From: Candidatus Latescibacterota bacterium
Lineage (GTDB): Bacteria; Latescibacterota; UBA2968; UBA8231
Assembly: GCA_965223905.1 (NCBI GenBank)
Contig: CBDCXV010000002.1
Location: 512,001 to 576,000, forward strand
DNA length: 64,000 bases
Direction: 5' to 3'
Under the pieces are notes generated by a model that was not told the DNA's origin, searched no databases, and saw only the letters and a list, made by a program, of their open reading frames with translations. The position numbers and the translations under genes are program-made. The number at the start of each line of letters is the position of its first letter. Position 1 is the stretch's first letter. Positions 52,895 to 62,434 of the stretch are shown here, piece by piece.

Positions 52895-55306
52895 ATGCAA
52901 ACCCGAGACCAGGAGGACCTGCTGATGAACCGCGCCGATGACCAAAGACTGGAGAACCAGGCCGCCAAGGAACGCCTGTCCCGGCTGTGCACGGCCATGC
53001 TCCGCATCAGTGCCAGCCTCGACCTCGATACGGTCCTGCACGAGGTCCTGGACAGCGCCCGCGACCTGACCGGTGCCCGCTACGGCGCCATCACCACCCT
53101 CGACGAGGAGGGGACCCTCCAGGACTTCGTCACCTCCGGTCTCACGGAAGAGGAGCACCGTCAGCTGGCCGACTGGCCCGATGGACCCAGGCTCTTTGAG
53201 TATCTGCGCGACTTTGAGGGAACCCTGAGGTTGTCGGACGTGATCGCCTACGCGCGCTCCCTTGGCTTTTCCGGGGACCTGCTGCCGTCCTCGACCTTCC
53301 AGGGCACCTCGATGCGCCATCGGGGCGTGCACGTGGGCAACTTCTATCTCGCCGAGAAACAGGACGGGAAGGAGTTCTCGGCTGAAGATGAAGAGATCCT
53401 GATGCTGTTTGCCTCCCAGGCGGCGACCGCGATTGCCAACGCGCGCGCCCACCGGGCAGAGCAGCGCGCCCACCGGGCAGAGCAGCGGGCCCGGGCGGAC
53501 CTGGAGGCCCTGGTCGAGACCTCGCCGGTGGGTGTGGCGGTTTTCGATGCGCGAACCGGCCGTCCGGTGTCGTTCAATCGCGAGGCCAAGCGGATCGTGG
53601 AGAGCCTGCGCACGCCGGGCCGTCCGCCCGAGGATCTGCTCGGGGTGATCACCTGCCGCCGCGCCGACGGACGCGAGATCGCTCTCGACCGGTTCCCGCT
53701 GTCCGGGTTGTTGAGCACTGCAGAGACGGTGCGTGCCGAGGAGATCGTGCTCTCGACCCCCGACGGCCGGAGGGTGACGACGCTGATGAACGTCACCCCG
53801 ATTCACGCCGAGGACGGCACGATCACGTCGGTGGTCGTCACCCTGCAGGACCTGGCCCCGTTGGAGGAGCTGGAGCGCATGCGGACCGAGTTCCTGAGCC
53901 TTGTCAGCCACGAGCTACGCACGCCGCTGACCTCCATCAAGGGCTCGACCGCCACGGTGCTGGGCGCTTCCCGGCTCTTCGATCCGGCCGAGATTCAGCA
54001 GTTCTTCCGCATCATCGACCAGCAGGCCGATCACATGACCGGTCTCATCAGCGACCTGCTGGATGCCGGACGCATCGACACCGGCACGCTGTCGGTGGCC
54101 CCGGAGTCTTCGGAGGTGGCCCCGATGGTGGATCAGGCAAGGAATACGTCCCTGAGCGGCGGCGGCCGACACACCGTCCTCATTGATCTGGCGCCGGACC
54201 TGCCCCGGGTGATGGCGGACCGGGGGCGCATCGGGCAGGTGCTGAACAACTTGCTGGCCAACGCCGCCCGTCACGCTCCGGAGTCCTCTCCCGTCCGGGT
54301 CGCCGCCGAGCGCGACGGGGTGCACGTCGAGATCTCGGTATCCGACGAAGGCCGGGGCGTTCCACCGGAGCGCCTGCCGCATCTGTTTCGAAAACATGCC
54401 GGGCTCGCCGGCGGGGAGCCGGAAGCCGGAACCGGCGGCTCGGGGCTCGGCCTGGCCATCTGCAAGGGGCTGGTGGAGGCGCACGGAGGCCGCATCTGGG
54501 CCACCAGCGGCGGAATCGGCCTGGGCACCCGGTTCACCTTCACCCTGCCGGTTGCCGAGGAGGCCGGACCCGCCGCGGCCACCGGCTCCACCCCCGGCCC
54601 CTCGCGTTCCCTTCAGCCCGGCGGGGAAAAGGCGCGCATCCTGGTGGTGGACGACGACCCGCAGACGCTGCGCTACGTTCGCGACGCGCTGTCCACTGCC
54701 GGCTTCGACCCCCTGGTCACGGGCGACCCCCGGGACCTGTCGCGCATCCTCCGCACCGAGAAACCCGAGTTGGTTCTGCTCGACCTGATGTTGCCCGACA
54801 CCGACGGCATCGAGCTGATGGACCGCCTGCCCGAACTGGCCGATCGGCCGGTCATCTTCATCTCGGCGTACGGGAGGGACGAAACCATGGCCAGGGCCTT
54901 GGAGGCCGGCGCCGCCGACTACATCGTCAAGCCCTTCTCGCCCACGGAGCTGACGGCGAGGATCCGCGCCGTGCTGCGCAGAAGGGCCGATCCCGAACCC
55001 TTCGTGCGGGGGGAGCTGACCATCGACTTCGACCAGCGCCGGGTGACCCTGGCTGGACGCCCGGTAGACCTGACGGCTACCGAGTACGAGTTGCTGCGCG
55101 TCCTCTCGCTCAACGAGGGACGGGTCTCCACCCACGACGCCCTGCTCCGCCAGGTCTGGGGCGAGAGGGGCAGCAGCGACCCGAAGCTTGTTCGGGCATT
55201 CATCAAGAAACTCCGACGCAAGCTGGGCGACGACGCGGCCAGGCCGGACTACATCCAGACCGAGCGCGGAGTGGGGTACCGCATGGCCCCGTCGGGCGAG
55301 CCCTGA
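52895..55306 (+). CDS. Hybrid sensor kinase GAF-PAS-HisKA-HATPase-REC fused to an OmpR-type wHTH
   Basis: SHELRTPL, NLLANA, DEGRG, GSGLGL, VVDDD, DLMLP, KPF, LTATEYELL...TERGVGYR. Confidence 0.93.
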   Translation: MQTRDQEDLLMNRADDQRLENQAAKERLSRLCTAMLRISASLDLDTVLHEVLDSARDLTGARYGAITTLDEEGTLQDFVTSGLTEEEHRQLADWPDGPRLFEYLRDFEGTLRLSDVIAYARSLGFSGDLLPSSTFQGTSMRHRGVHVGNFYLAEKQDGKEFSAEDEEILMLFASQAATAIANARAHRAEQRAHRAEQRARADLEALVETSPVGVAVFDARTGRPVSFNREAKRIVESLRTPGRPPEDLLGVITCRRADGREIALDRFPLSGLLSTAETVRAEEIVLSTPDGRRVTTLMNVTPIHAEDGTITSVVVTLQDLAPLEELERMRTEFLSLVSHELRTPLTSIKGSTATVLGASRLFDPAEIQQFFRIIDQQADHMTGLISDLLDAGRIDTGTLSVAPESSEVAPMVDQARNTSLSGGGRHTVLIDLAPDLPRVMADRGRIGQVLNNLLANAARHAPESSPVRVAAERDGVHVEISVSDEGRGVPPERLPHLFRKHAGLAGGEPEAGTGGSGLGLAICKGLVEAHGGRIWATSGGIGLGTRFTFTLPVAEEAGPAAATGSTPGPSRSLQPGGEKARILVVDDDPQTLRYVRDALSTAGFDPLVTGDPRDLSRILRTEKPELVLLDLMLPDTDGIELMDRLPELADRPVIFISAYGRDETMARALEAGAADYIVKPFSPTELTARIRAVLRRRADPEPFVRGELTIDFDQRRVTLAGRPVDLTATEYELLRVLSLNEGRVSTHDALLRQVWGERGSSDPKLVRAFIKKLRRKLGDDAARPDYIQTERGVGYRMAPSGEP
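53443..53484 (+). repeat. Perfect 21-bp tandem duplication in frame (RAHRAEQ x2)
   Basis: gcgcgcccaccgggcagagca occurs twice. Confidence 0.9.
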
Positions 55307-55425
55307 AGAAGCCCTTTGCAGCTTCAGGCGTAAGGAATTTCAACCAGCCCGCAGGGAAACAAGCGCCTCCTCCTGACCGGAGAATTCCGACCGTCTGGCC
55401 GGCTTCCGGCTGGGTCCGGGCCGCC

Positions 55426-55460
55426 TGTGGTAAAATGCCATAGTGCGGCAACTCACCACA
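55426..55460. promoter_or_regulatory. Tandem palindromic enhancer sites, copy 2
   Basis: TGTGGTAAAATGCCATA-G-TGCGGCAACTCACCACA. Confidence 0.65.
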
Positions 55461-55644
55461 CCTGCCGCCCTCCCGGGAACCACCGCCGCAAGCAGCAGGA
55501 TTTTCAGTGGGTAAGCCCTTGCGAGGATCTCCACCGGGCCACCCGAACTGTGGTATTCCGCCTCACTCCGGTTTCTCCCGCCTTCCCCGCATTTATCTCC
55601 TAACCTCCTTTGCAGTCTGGACTTAAGCCCCTTCCTCCGGCGCC

Positions 55645-55660
55645 TGGCACGGTTCGTGCA
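55645..55660 (+). promoter_or_regulatory. Sigma-54 promoter, copy 2
   Basis: TGGCACGGTTCGTGCA. Confidence 0.75.
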
Positions 55661-55718
55661 AAGGAATCGGAAGGAACGATTCCGTTTTGGCTGAACCAAA
55701 AAAGGAGGCAGGGCGATC

Positions 55719-58718
55719 ATGCGACAGAAATCTGGTTCGGACCTGCAGAGAGGGGTGGGGACAAACGACGGGGGAGGGACCTTGCAACCGCGGGCGACAA
55801 GCCCTCGCGGCCTCAGGGGGTTGGATTTCAGGCGCCGGGTTCGATTATGGCAACGGCAAGACCATGTGTCTGCCAAACCTCTAGGTAGCTGGCGACTAGG
55901 TGGCTGGCGCGGGACTGGAGCGGTGTATCTGGCCGTGGCCGCCACCCTTGTCATCCCGGCGACTGCCCCTGCTCAAGAGTACAATCCGCCGGTCAGAACG
56001 CTTGTGAAGAATGCCGACCAATCATCAGACAGGCTCGTATTGCTGAATGCGTCCCAGGACGGACTGAATCAGGCATTCAGAACCGGCCCCAATATCGGGG
56101 GGTATGAACTGACGAGCATCGTGCTGCATGTGCACGACACCCATGAGAGCCGGTACATGACGATAGACGCAGGCATCCACCTCTGGGATGAATCCGGCTT
56201 CACCCGCGTCGCCAAGCTCACCAGAGGCCAATTGAACGACTATGCGGCCAATGAGTGGTGGGCACCTGAGAACACCTATCTGGAGCCGGACACGGAGTAC
56301 TACTTCCTGCTTGATTGCACGGCAGGTTGCGCAAATGACAACGTGGCCAAATTCATCGGGACCTTCAGCAGTGAAGACGACCCCGGGGCCGAAGAAGGAT
56401 GGGATATTCACGATCATTGCGGCTACAGGACCGCGGGCGATCCCGATTGGAAATGGTCCTCCAGCTTGATTCTCAAGATAGAGATCAAGGGACGTCCCAG
56501 TTACCACCGCGCCTACAGGACGGAGATCGTATCGACGCCGGCAAGCGGGGACACCTACCTGGTAGGTGAAAACATCGATATCGCCCTGACGTTCAACACG
56601 CCCGTGTACGTGCAGGGCGAATCGTCCATTGGCATTCAGGTCGGCGATGTCGCTGCCCAGGCAGCCTACCTGTCCGGCTCCTTCACGACTCAGTTGGTCT
56701 ACCGCTATGAGGTACAATTGGACGATGCCGACGCAAACGGCATCAGCGTTGACGAGGGCGGACCGGACACCGGATTCGTCGGGTTCGTGCCCACGCTCGT
56801 CGCCAGTTTGGGCTTGTGGCCCGTAGATCGCTATTACCCTGGCGTGGTTGACGACCCCGGCCACAAGGTGGACGGGTCGATCAACTGCACCGTCCTGGAG
56901 GACGGGTCGGTCCACTGCGTCCCCGGATCGACGGCCAGGCTGTCGGTTGCGGACGCGCGGACGACGGAGGCGGCGGACGCAACGCTCGAATTCCCGGTGA
57001 CGCTGGACCGGGCGGCCTCGGAGACGGTGATGGTGGATTTCGCGACCGCGGACGGCACCGCACAGGCGGGCCAGGACTACACGGCCGCGAACGGAACGCT
57101 CACCTTCGCAGCGGGCGAGACGCGGAAGACAATTTCAGTAGCGGTTCTCGACGATGCCCTCGACGAGGGGGAGGAGACCCTGACGCTGACCTTGAGCAAC
57201 GCCTCGGGAGCGCGTATTGCGGACGCCACGGCGACGGGAACGATCGAGAATTTCGATCTGTTGCCGGGAGCCTGGCTGGGGCGCTTCGGCCGCACCTCGG
57301 CGCAGCGCGTGCTCGACGGGGTTCAGGCACGCCTGGAGGCGCCGCGCCAGTCAGGGGTGCAGGCCACCTTCGCGGGCCATGCTCTCGGCGGTTCGGGTGG
57401 GGAAGCGGCGTTTACCTCAGGTAGTGACGGAGAGGTCGCCGCAAGTGGGCCCGGCTCCAACAGGGCGGCGCGGGATCGCTTGGGGGCGCTTCCCGAACGG
57501 TTCGGCGACGAGGCGGGCGGATCCCGGGTGCGGCCGCAGTCGCCGGAGCTGCGCGACCTGGTGACGGGAAGCTCGTTCACCTTGAGCGGGAATGCGGGTG
57601 AAGGCCATGGCACCCTCTGGGGCCGCGGAGCGTATTCCAGCTTCGGCGGGAGCGCCGACGCCCTGTCGCTCGACGGCGGAGTGACGACGGGGATGTTCGG
57701 GGCCGACTACGCCATCGGTCCCTGGGTGGTAGGGCTGCCGCTGTCGCACAGCCGGGGCGACGGTACCTGGCATTCGCCCCGCCGCGGCGACGGCAACCTG
57801 GCCTCCACGCTGACCGGGTTGTATCCCTACGCCGGCTACGACCTCACCGGGCGTCTGTCCCTGTGGGGGACCGCCGGTTACGGTCTGGGGGACCTGAGGC
57901 TGGGGATGAAGGACGGGGAGTCGTACCGCACCGGCATGGATCTGAGGATGGCGGCGGCCGGGGTGCGGGGGGACCTGGTATCCCCCCGGAAAGCGGGCAA
58001 TCTGGCGCTGGCCATCGAGTCGGATGCCCTGTTCGTGCGCACGACCTCTGATGCGTCGTCGGACCCGTCCGGTCTGCTGGCGGCGGCGGTGGCGGACGTC
58101 AGCCGTCTGCGCCTGGGACTGGAGGGCTCCCTGGACCTGGCGCTTGCAGGTGGGTGGCTGACGCCGACGGTGGAGCTGGGTCTGCGCCATGACGGCGGCG
58201 ACGCGGAGACCGGTTTCGGGGTGGAGGTCGGGGCCGGCTCGGCGTTTGCCGACGCGGCGCGGGGCCTGACGGCGCAGGTGACGGTGCGCGGTCTGGTGGC
58301 GCACCAGGCTTCGGACTTCCGGGACTGCATGCTGTCGGGTTCGCTGCGCTTCGACCCGCTGCCGTCCTCGGAGCTGGGCCCGTCGGTGTCGCTGATGCCC
58401 TCGTGGGGGACGTCGTCTGCGGGCGGTGTGGAGGCGCTTATGGGGCGCGAGACGCTGGCGGGTCGGGCGGCCAACGCGGCGGGCGGTCTCGAGGCGGAGG
58501 CGGCTTACGGGGTTTCGGTGTTGGGTGGCCGGGCCACGGGGATCCCCTACCTGGGGGTGGGTCGGTCCGCAGCCTTGCGCGAGGTGCGGGTGGGCTGTCG
58601 CCTGGAGCTGCCGCGCCGGGCAGGGCTGAGGCTGGGCATCGAGGGGACGCGGCGGGAAACCACTGCCGGCAACGCCGCTCCGGACCACGGGGTCATGCTG
58701 CGCCTGGCGCTGCGGTGA
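55719..58718 (+). CDS. Shorter paralog of the autotransporter-like adhesin
   Basis: RBS AGGAGG; same N-terminal domain (FRTGPN.GGYELTSI, LDC.AGCANDN), one Ig repeat, one Calx-beta, same barrel. Confidence 0.88.
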   Translation: MRQKSGSDLQRGVGTNDGGGTLQPRATSPRGLRGLDFRRRVRLWQRQDHVSAKPLGSWRLGGWRGTGAVYLAVAATLVIPATAPAQEYNPPVRTLVKNADQSSDRLVLLNASQDGLNQAFRTGPNIGGYELTSIVLHVHDTHESRYMTIDAGIHLWDESGFTRVAKLTRGQLNDYAANEWWAPENTYLEPDTEYYFLLDCTAGCANDNVAKFIGTFSSEDDPGAEEGWDIHDHCGYRTAGDPDWKWSSSLILKIEIKGRPSYHRAYRTEIVSTPASGDTYLVGENIDIALTFNTPVYVQGESSIGIQVGDVAAQAAYLSGSFTTQLVYRYEVQLDDADANGISVDEGGPDTGFVGFVPTLVASLGLWPVDRYYPGVVDDPGHKVDGSINCTVLEDGSVHCVPGSTARLSVADARTTEAADATLEFPVTLDRAASETVMVDFATADGTAQAGQDYTAANGTLTFAAGETRKTISVAVLDDALDEGEETLTLTLSNASGARIADATATGTIENFDLLPGAWLGRFGRTSAQRVLDGVQARLEAPRQSGVQATFAGHALGGSGGEAAFTSGSDGEVAASGPGSNRAARDRLGALPERFGDEAGGSRVRPQSPELRDLVTGSSFTLSGNAGEGHGTLWGRGAYSSFGGSADALSLDGGVTTGMFGADYAIGPWVVGLPLSHSRGDGTWHSPRRGDGNLASTLTGLYPYAGYDLTGRLSLWGTAGYGLGDLRLGMKDGESYRTGMDLRMAAAGVRGDLVSPRKAGNLALAIESDALFVRTTSDASSDPSGLLAAAVADVSRLRLGLEGSLDLALAGGWLTPTVELGLRHDGGDAETGFGVEVGAGSAFADAARGLTAQVTVRGLVAHQASDFRDCMLSGSLRFDPLPSSELGPSVSLMPSWGTSSAGGVEALMGRETLAGRAANAAGGLEAEAAYGVSVLGGRATGIPYLGVGRSAALREVRVGCRLELPRRAGLRLGIEGTRRETTAGNAAPDHGVMLRLALR

Positions 58719-58781
58719 AACATCCCCTGTGCATCCGGGGCGTGCTGCCTGAAACCTGATTCCTTCAGTCTCCGGCTCTTC

Positions 58782-58820
58782 AAGCCTTCCGAAGGTTCCC
58801 ATGCCTTCGGAAGGCTTTTC
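58782..58820 (+). terminator. Hairpin, probable intrinsic terminator
   Basis: aagccttccgaagg-N8-ccttcggaaggctt followed by a short T run. Confidence 0.6.
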
Positions 58821-58884
58821 GCATTCTACCTGCTACACCTGCTTCCTGCCGGCCATGCCGGTCCCGTTCCTGCGTTCGATATTC

Positions 58885-58912
58885 TTGACAGAGGATTCAC
58901 AGAAGGTATGCT
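58885..58912 (+). promoter_or_regulatory. Sigma-70-like promoter
   Basis: TTGACA-N16-TATGCT upstream of the MNT gene. Confidence 0.55.
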
Positions 58913-58936
58913 AATCGCGTTCACCTGAGAGGGAAT

Positions 58937-59320
58937 ATGGCTGTCGATACTGCCGCCGCCGCCCGCTGGGTTGTCAGCCGGCACGAGCGGCGGCGTGAGG
59001 CTCTTCGCCGGCGGTTGCAGTCGGCACAGCGAGATGCCGCCCGGATCATCTCCGCGATTGCCGCGGAGTACCGGCCCCTGCGCATTTACCAGTGGGGATC
59101 CCTCGTCCATACCGAACGCTTCTCCGAAATTTCGGATATCGACATCGCCGTCGAGGGGATGAGCTGCGACGAAAAAACCCTCGCGGCCATCCGCTCCCAG
59201 GCGGATTCGATGACCGACTTCCACGTCGACCTCGTCGTCATGGAGCGCCTCGATCCGGGAAGGGCCGACCTCATCCGGCGCTTCGGCAAAGTGGCATGGG
59301 AAGATGGAGACCCGGCCTGA
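58937..59320 (+). CDS. Minimal nucleotidyltransferase (MNT) antitoxin
   Basis: WGSLV...SDIDIAV...VDLV. Confidence 0.85.
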   Translation: MAVDTAAAARWVVSRHERRREALRRRLQSAQRDAARIISAIAAEYRPLRIYQWGSLVHTERFSEISDIDIAVEGMSCDEKTLAAIRSQADSMTDFHVDLVVMERLDPGRADLIRRFGKVAWEDGDPA

Positions 59321-59534
59321 ACGCGGCATCGACGAGCTGATCGCGGAGCTCGCACAGGCGCGAGAACGAGTAGAGGCAATCTACTCGAAGCTCGGCCATG
59401 CCCGGGACACGACGCTGCCACTCCTCGGCCGCACCGATGACAGCGCTCTCGTAGTTGCCGGCTACCTCGAGATGTACTATTCAGTCCTCGAGACCTTCTT
59501 CGCCGGTCGAATTGACAAGGATGCAATACAGTAG
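59304..59534 (+). pseudogene. HEPN (HepT-like) toxin, N-terminal third only
   Basis: Overlaps the MNT gene; AGYLEMYYSVLETFF helix, then an abrupt switch to lower-GC DNA; no Rx4H motif remains. Confidence 0.65.
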
Positions 59535-59539
59535 CGAAA

Positions 59540-60072
59540 ATGGCGTGGCGACCGCGAAAAAATCGATTCACAACGACGCCTAGTAAAATCGAGGTGAATG
59601 TTCGGGCGATTCCGCTCCTTCAACCGAATGGATGGAGGCTATGCACCCTGGAAGAGTTTCCCATTGTAGGTGCAGTCCCTAAGAATTATTTGGCCTACGG
59701 CGATCCGCATTCACCGGCAACGGTTGGCTACATTGCCTCTTTCGTGAATGTTCAGATGCTGATTTGAACAAACATGCGAAACAGAAAGGGCGAGAGCTTT
59801 TTCTCGAGAACTATGCTAATCGTTCGCAGCCAATTATTAGTACAGGCCAGGCGCAGCCAGATAACCACTTTTCGTTGGTGAAGTGGATTTCCGTCAACTA
59901 TCCTATGTGTAGGAACATGATGTGTAGAGTGTTCAATGCGGTCGATCTTCCATCGATCGAGCGCATGCTACAACAACGGTTCCGTCGAATTATCACCCAA
60001 GATCGAATTGGGTTTATTCGAGACCTTCTAGCGATTCGAATTGAACGTCTTCGACAGGAGGTTCGGGCATGA
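59540..60072 (+). pseudogene. HipA-like kinase remnant with the core apparently deleted
   Basis: N-terminal (GAVPK...GYIA) and C-terminal (LLAIRIERL) pieces only; ATGA-coupled to the HipA-N gene. Confidence 0.5.
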
Positions 60073-60476
60073 AGAAAAGCTTTATGGATCTACTGAATCC
60101 GAAAGTGTGGAGGGCTAACCTCATTCGCACGTCCTCAGCAACCCCGATGGAACGAAAATTGGACATCTATAAGCAAACGCCAGACGGGCTGTGCTTGGTA
60201 GGTCGACTCTCCTGCGAGCAAGACGAGTTTGTGTTCCGATATGATCCCGCTTACAGGGAGGAACCGATCTCGGCGTTCCCCCGGATTGATCAGGAATACC
60301 GCTCCCAGCACCTATGGCCGTTCTTTGCGGTCCGTATCCCACCGATTGATCGAGAGGATATGCGTAAAGAAATTTCGGACTTGTCACTCGAAGAAGATCA
60401 AATCATTGAGATTCTTGGATTGGTAGCCAAGGTTTCGGTGACCAATCCTTACGAATTCAAACTCGCTGGTGATTGA
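60069..60476 (+). CDS. HipA N-terminal (couple_hipA/HipS-like) domain protein
   Basis: VGRL...FVFRY...LWPFFAVRIP. Confidence 0.75.
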   Translation: MKKSFMDLLNPKVWRANLIRTSSATPMERKLDIYKQTPDGLCLVGRLSCEQDEFVFRYDPAYREEPISAFPRIDQEYRSQHLWPFFAVRIPPIDREDMRKEISDLSLEEDQIIEILGLVAKVSVTNPYEFKLAGD

Positions 60477-60635
60477 ACGCCGTAACCCAGGTCCAGATGT
60501 GATGTTACTCGGCCCTGAGAACTGATGCCCGCTTCCACTTGCTATAAGGAATTTGCAACAATCCCACGGATGAATGCCGGCACGTTAAGTAACTCCAACC
60601 CGGATGGCTAACCCAGAATCAGCCTTTGATCTACC

Positions 60636-61625
60636 CTACCTGCCGGCATGGCCGGGGCCCTTGTACGGCCTTCCGAACGGCAGCCCGAAAGGCTCTTCAA
60701 ACGGCCGGAACGGCACCAGGTCCGCGATCTCCTGAAGTTCGGCGAGGAGATCCCCCTCCAGCGGCCCCGCTTCCACCGCGCGCACATTCTCTTCTACCTC
60801 CTCCACCGACCGCGCTCCCATCAGAACCGTGGAGATGTCGGGGCTTGCCACCATCATGCGGAGCGCGGCCTCCGGCAGCGACAGTCCGGTTTCATCCAGG
60901 AATCCGTACAGCCGCCGAAACTGTTCCTGCCGCGGCGGGCTGAGCCACGGCGCCCCGGTCTCTACCTCCGGGTAGCGCCGCGACAGGGCGCCCTGTTGCA
61001 GGGGTGAGCCGATGACGAGGCCCATGTTCTGCCGCCTGGCTTCCGGGAAGACGGCGATGGCCGCTTCCCGCCAGAGCAGGCTGTAGTTGAACGCCGTCAG
61101 GACGACGTCGTAGTTCCCCGTTGCCATGATGAGGGGAAGCTGATAGGCGGTGGTGCCGCCGAGCCCGGTGAAGCGGATGATCTTCTCCGCCTTCAGTTCC
61201 TCCAGCAGATCCCAGACCGGTCCGTGGAATCGGTCGTAGTCCGTCCACCAGTCGTACTGACCGGGGCGATCCGGTTCATGTATCAGCAGGACGTCGATAC
61301 AATCGCGTTTGAGCAGCCGCAGGCTTTCATCGACCGACCGACGCAGGAGATCCTTGTCCTGCGGATCGAACGGCTCCGGGCGGCCGCCGAGCTTGGTCGC
61401 GAGATAGTACGGCTGGGTCACCCCTTCGAGCGCGATGCCCAGAACCTCTTCGCTGTCGCGGTAGGCGGGCGCCGTATCCACGTAGTTCACGCCGAGCTCG
61501 AGTGCGCGGTGCACGGCGCGGCACCCTTCGTCACGTCCACCGGTACCCGCACCGGAGACGTAGAGTCCCCCCATTCCCAGCAGACTGACCTCGAGTCCCG
61601 TGCGGCCGAGAGTTCGTTTCTCCAT
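60636..61625 (-). CDS. Aldo/keto reductase
   Basis: RTLGRTGLEVS, GVNYVDTAPAY, ATK, SLRLLKRDCIDVLLIH, SPL. Confidence 0.93.
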   Translation of the reverse strand: MEKRTLGRTGLEVSLLGMGGLYVSGAGTGGRDEGCRAVHRALELGVNYVDTAPAYRDSEEVLGIALEGVTQPYYLATKLGGRPEPFDPQDKDLLRRSVDESLRLLKRDCIDVLLIHEPDRPGQYDWWTDYDRFHGPVWDLLEELKAEKIIRFTGLGGTTAYQLPLIMATGNYDVVLTAFNYSLLWREAAIAVFPEARRQNMGLVIGSPLQQGALSRRYPEVETGAPWLSPPRQEQFRRLYGFLDETGLSLPEAALRMMVASPDISTVLMGARSVEEVEENVRAVEAGPLEGDLLAELQEIADLVPFRPFEEPFGLPFGRPYKGPGHAGR

Positions 61626-61805
61626 TTTGTTCCCTTCCTTGCCAACCTCACAGAGGCTTGAATTGTCAGGCCATAGCGCTGTCAGGGCCATGTCCGGTGC
61701 GGTCCAGGTACATGGTTTACAATCAGTCCAGGTGATCATCAAGGTCCAGGTGAACGGCGCGGCCCTCACGATGCCGGCCGGGCTGACCGCAGTCAGGGGG
61801 TGAGA

Positions 61806-62006
61806 ATGGACGCGACTCTGGGCATCACCGGCGAGCACCTGGCCCACTTCGAGCGCAACGGCTTCTTCCTGATCCCCAACCCCTTCGGCGCCGAGGCGAT
61901 TCGCCAGGTCGACATCCGGCAGCAGGAGATGGAGCCGGTGTGGGAGCGCACCCGTTTTCCCCAGGACTGCAAGCAGCTGGCGGCACCGTGTATCTTTGCT
62001 CCGTGA
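61806..62006 (+). pseudogene. PhyH (phytanoyl-CoA dioxygenase)-like N-terminal remnant
   Basis: LAHFERNGFFLIPN start pattern, truncated at ~65 aa. Confidence 0.5.
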
Positions 62007-62042
62007 AAGAGGCTTGGTTGATCGGAACGATTTTGGGGATTA

Positions 62043-62399
62043 ATGCTCTATGTGCCGTCTCGAAACGGATGTTGCCTACCAGCCTGTACTACGTCACCGC
62101 TTCTGTATCTCTATCGAATCGACGCCCTGAAATGGCTTTCCACCCTGTGTAATGAAGTGTGGATTCCAACGGCCGTGTCGCAAGAGTTGTCGGAAGGACG
62201 ACAAAGAGGGTATGACGTTCCCGATCCACAACACTACGAGTGGCTCAAGATCGTTGACCCTCGCGTGATTCCATCCGAATGGTTGAGTCTGGATCTGGGA
62301 GTGGGAGAATTGGCCGCACTGGCTTTGGCCTTGGAGCATCCTGAGTGCACGGTGCTGCTGGACGACAGGCACGCACGGCGTATCGCGCAGGCTTGTTAG
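62043..62399 (+). pseudogene. PIN-domain (DUF3368-like) toxin remnant
   Basis: TSPLLYL...VWIP.AV..EL...GELAALALA...LLDDRHARR; both ends are missing. Confidence 0.7.
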
Positions 62400-62434
62400 C
62401 CAGGCGGCCAACCGCGCAGAATCGAGGGAACCTC

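Noticed and set aside
42884-58718. Diversity-generating retroelement or invertible phase variation between adhesin paralogs
   Set aside because: No reverse transcriptase or recombinase, the copies are in direct orientation, and differences are not adenine-specific.
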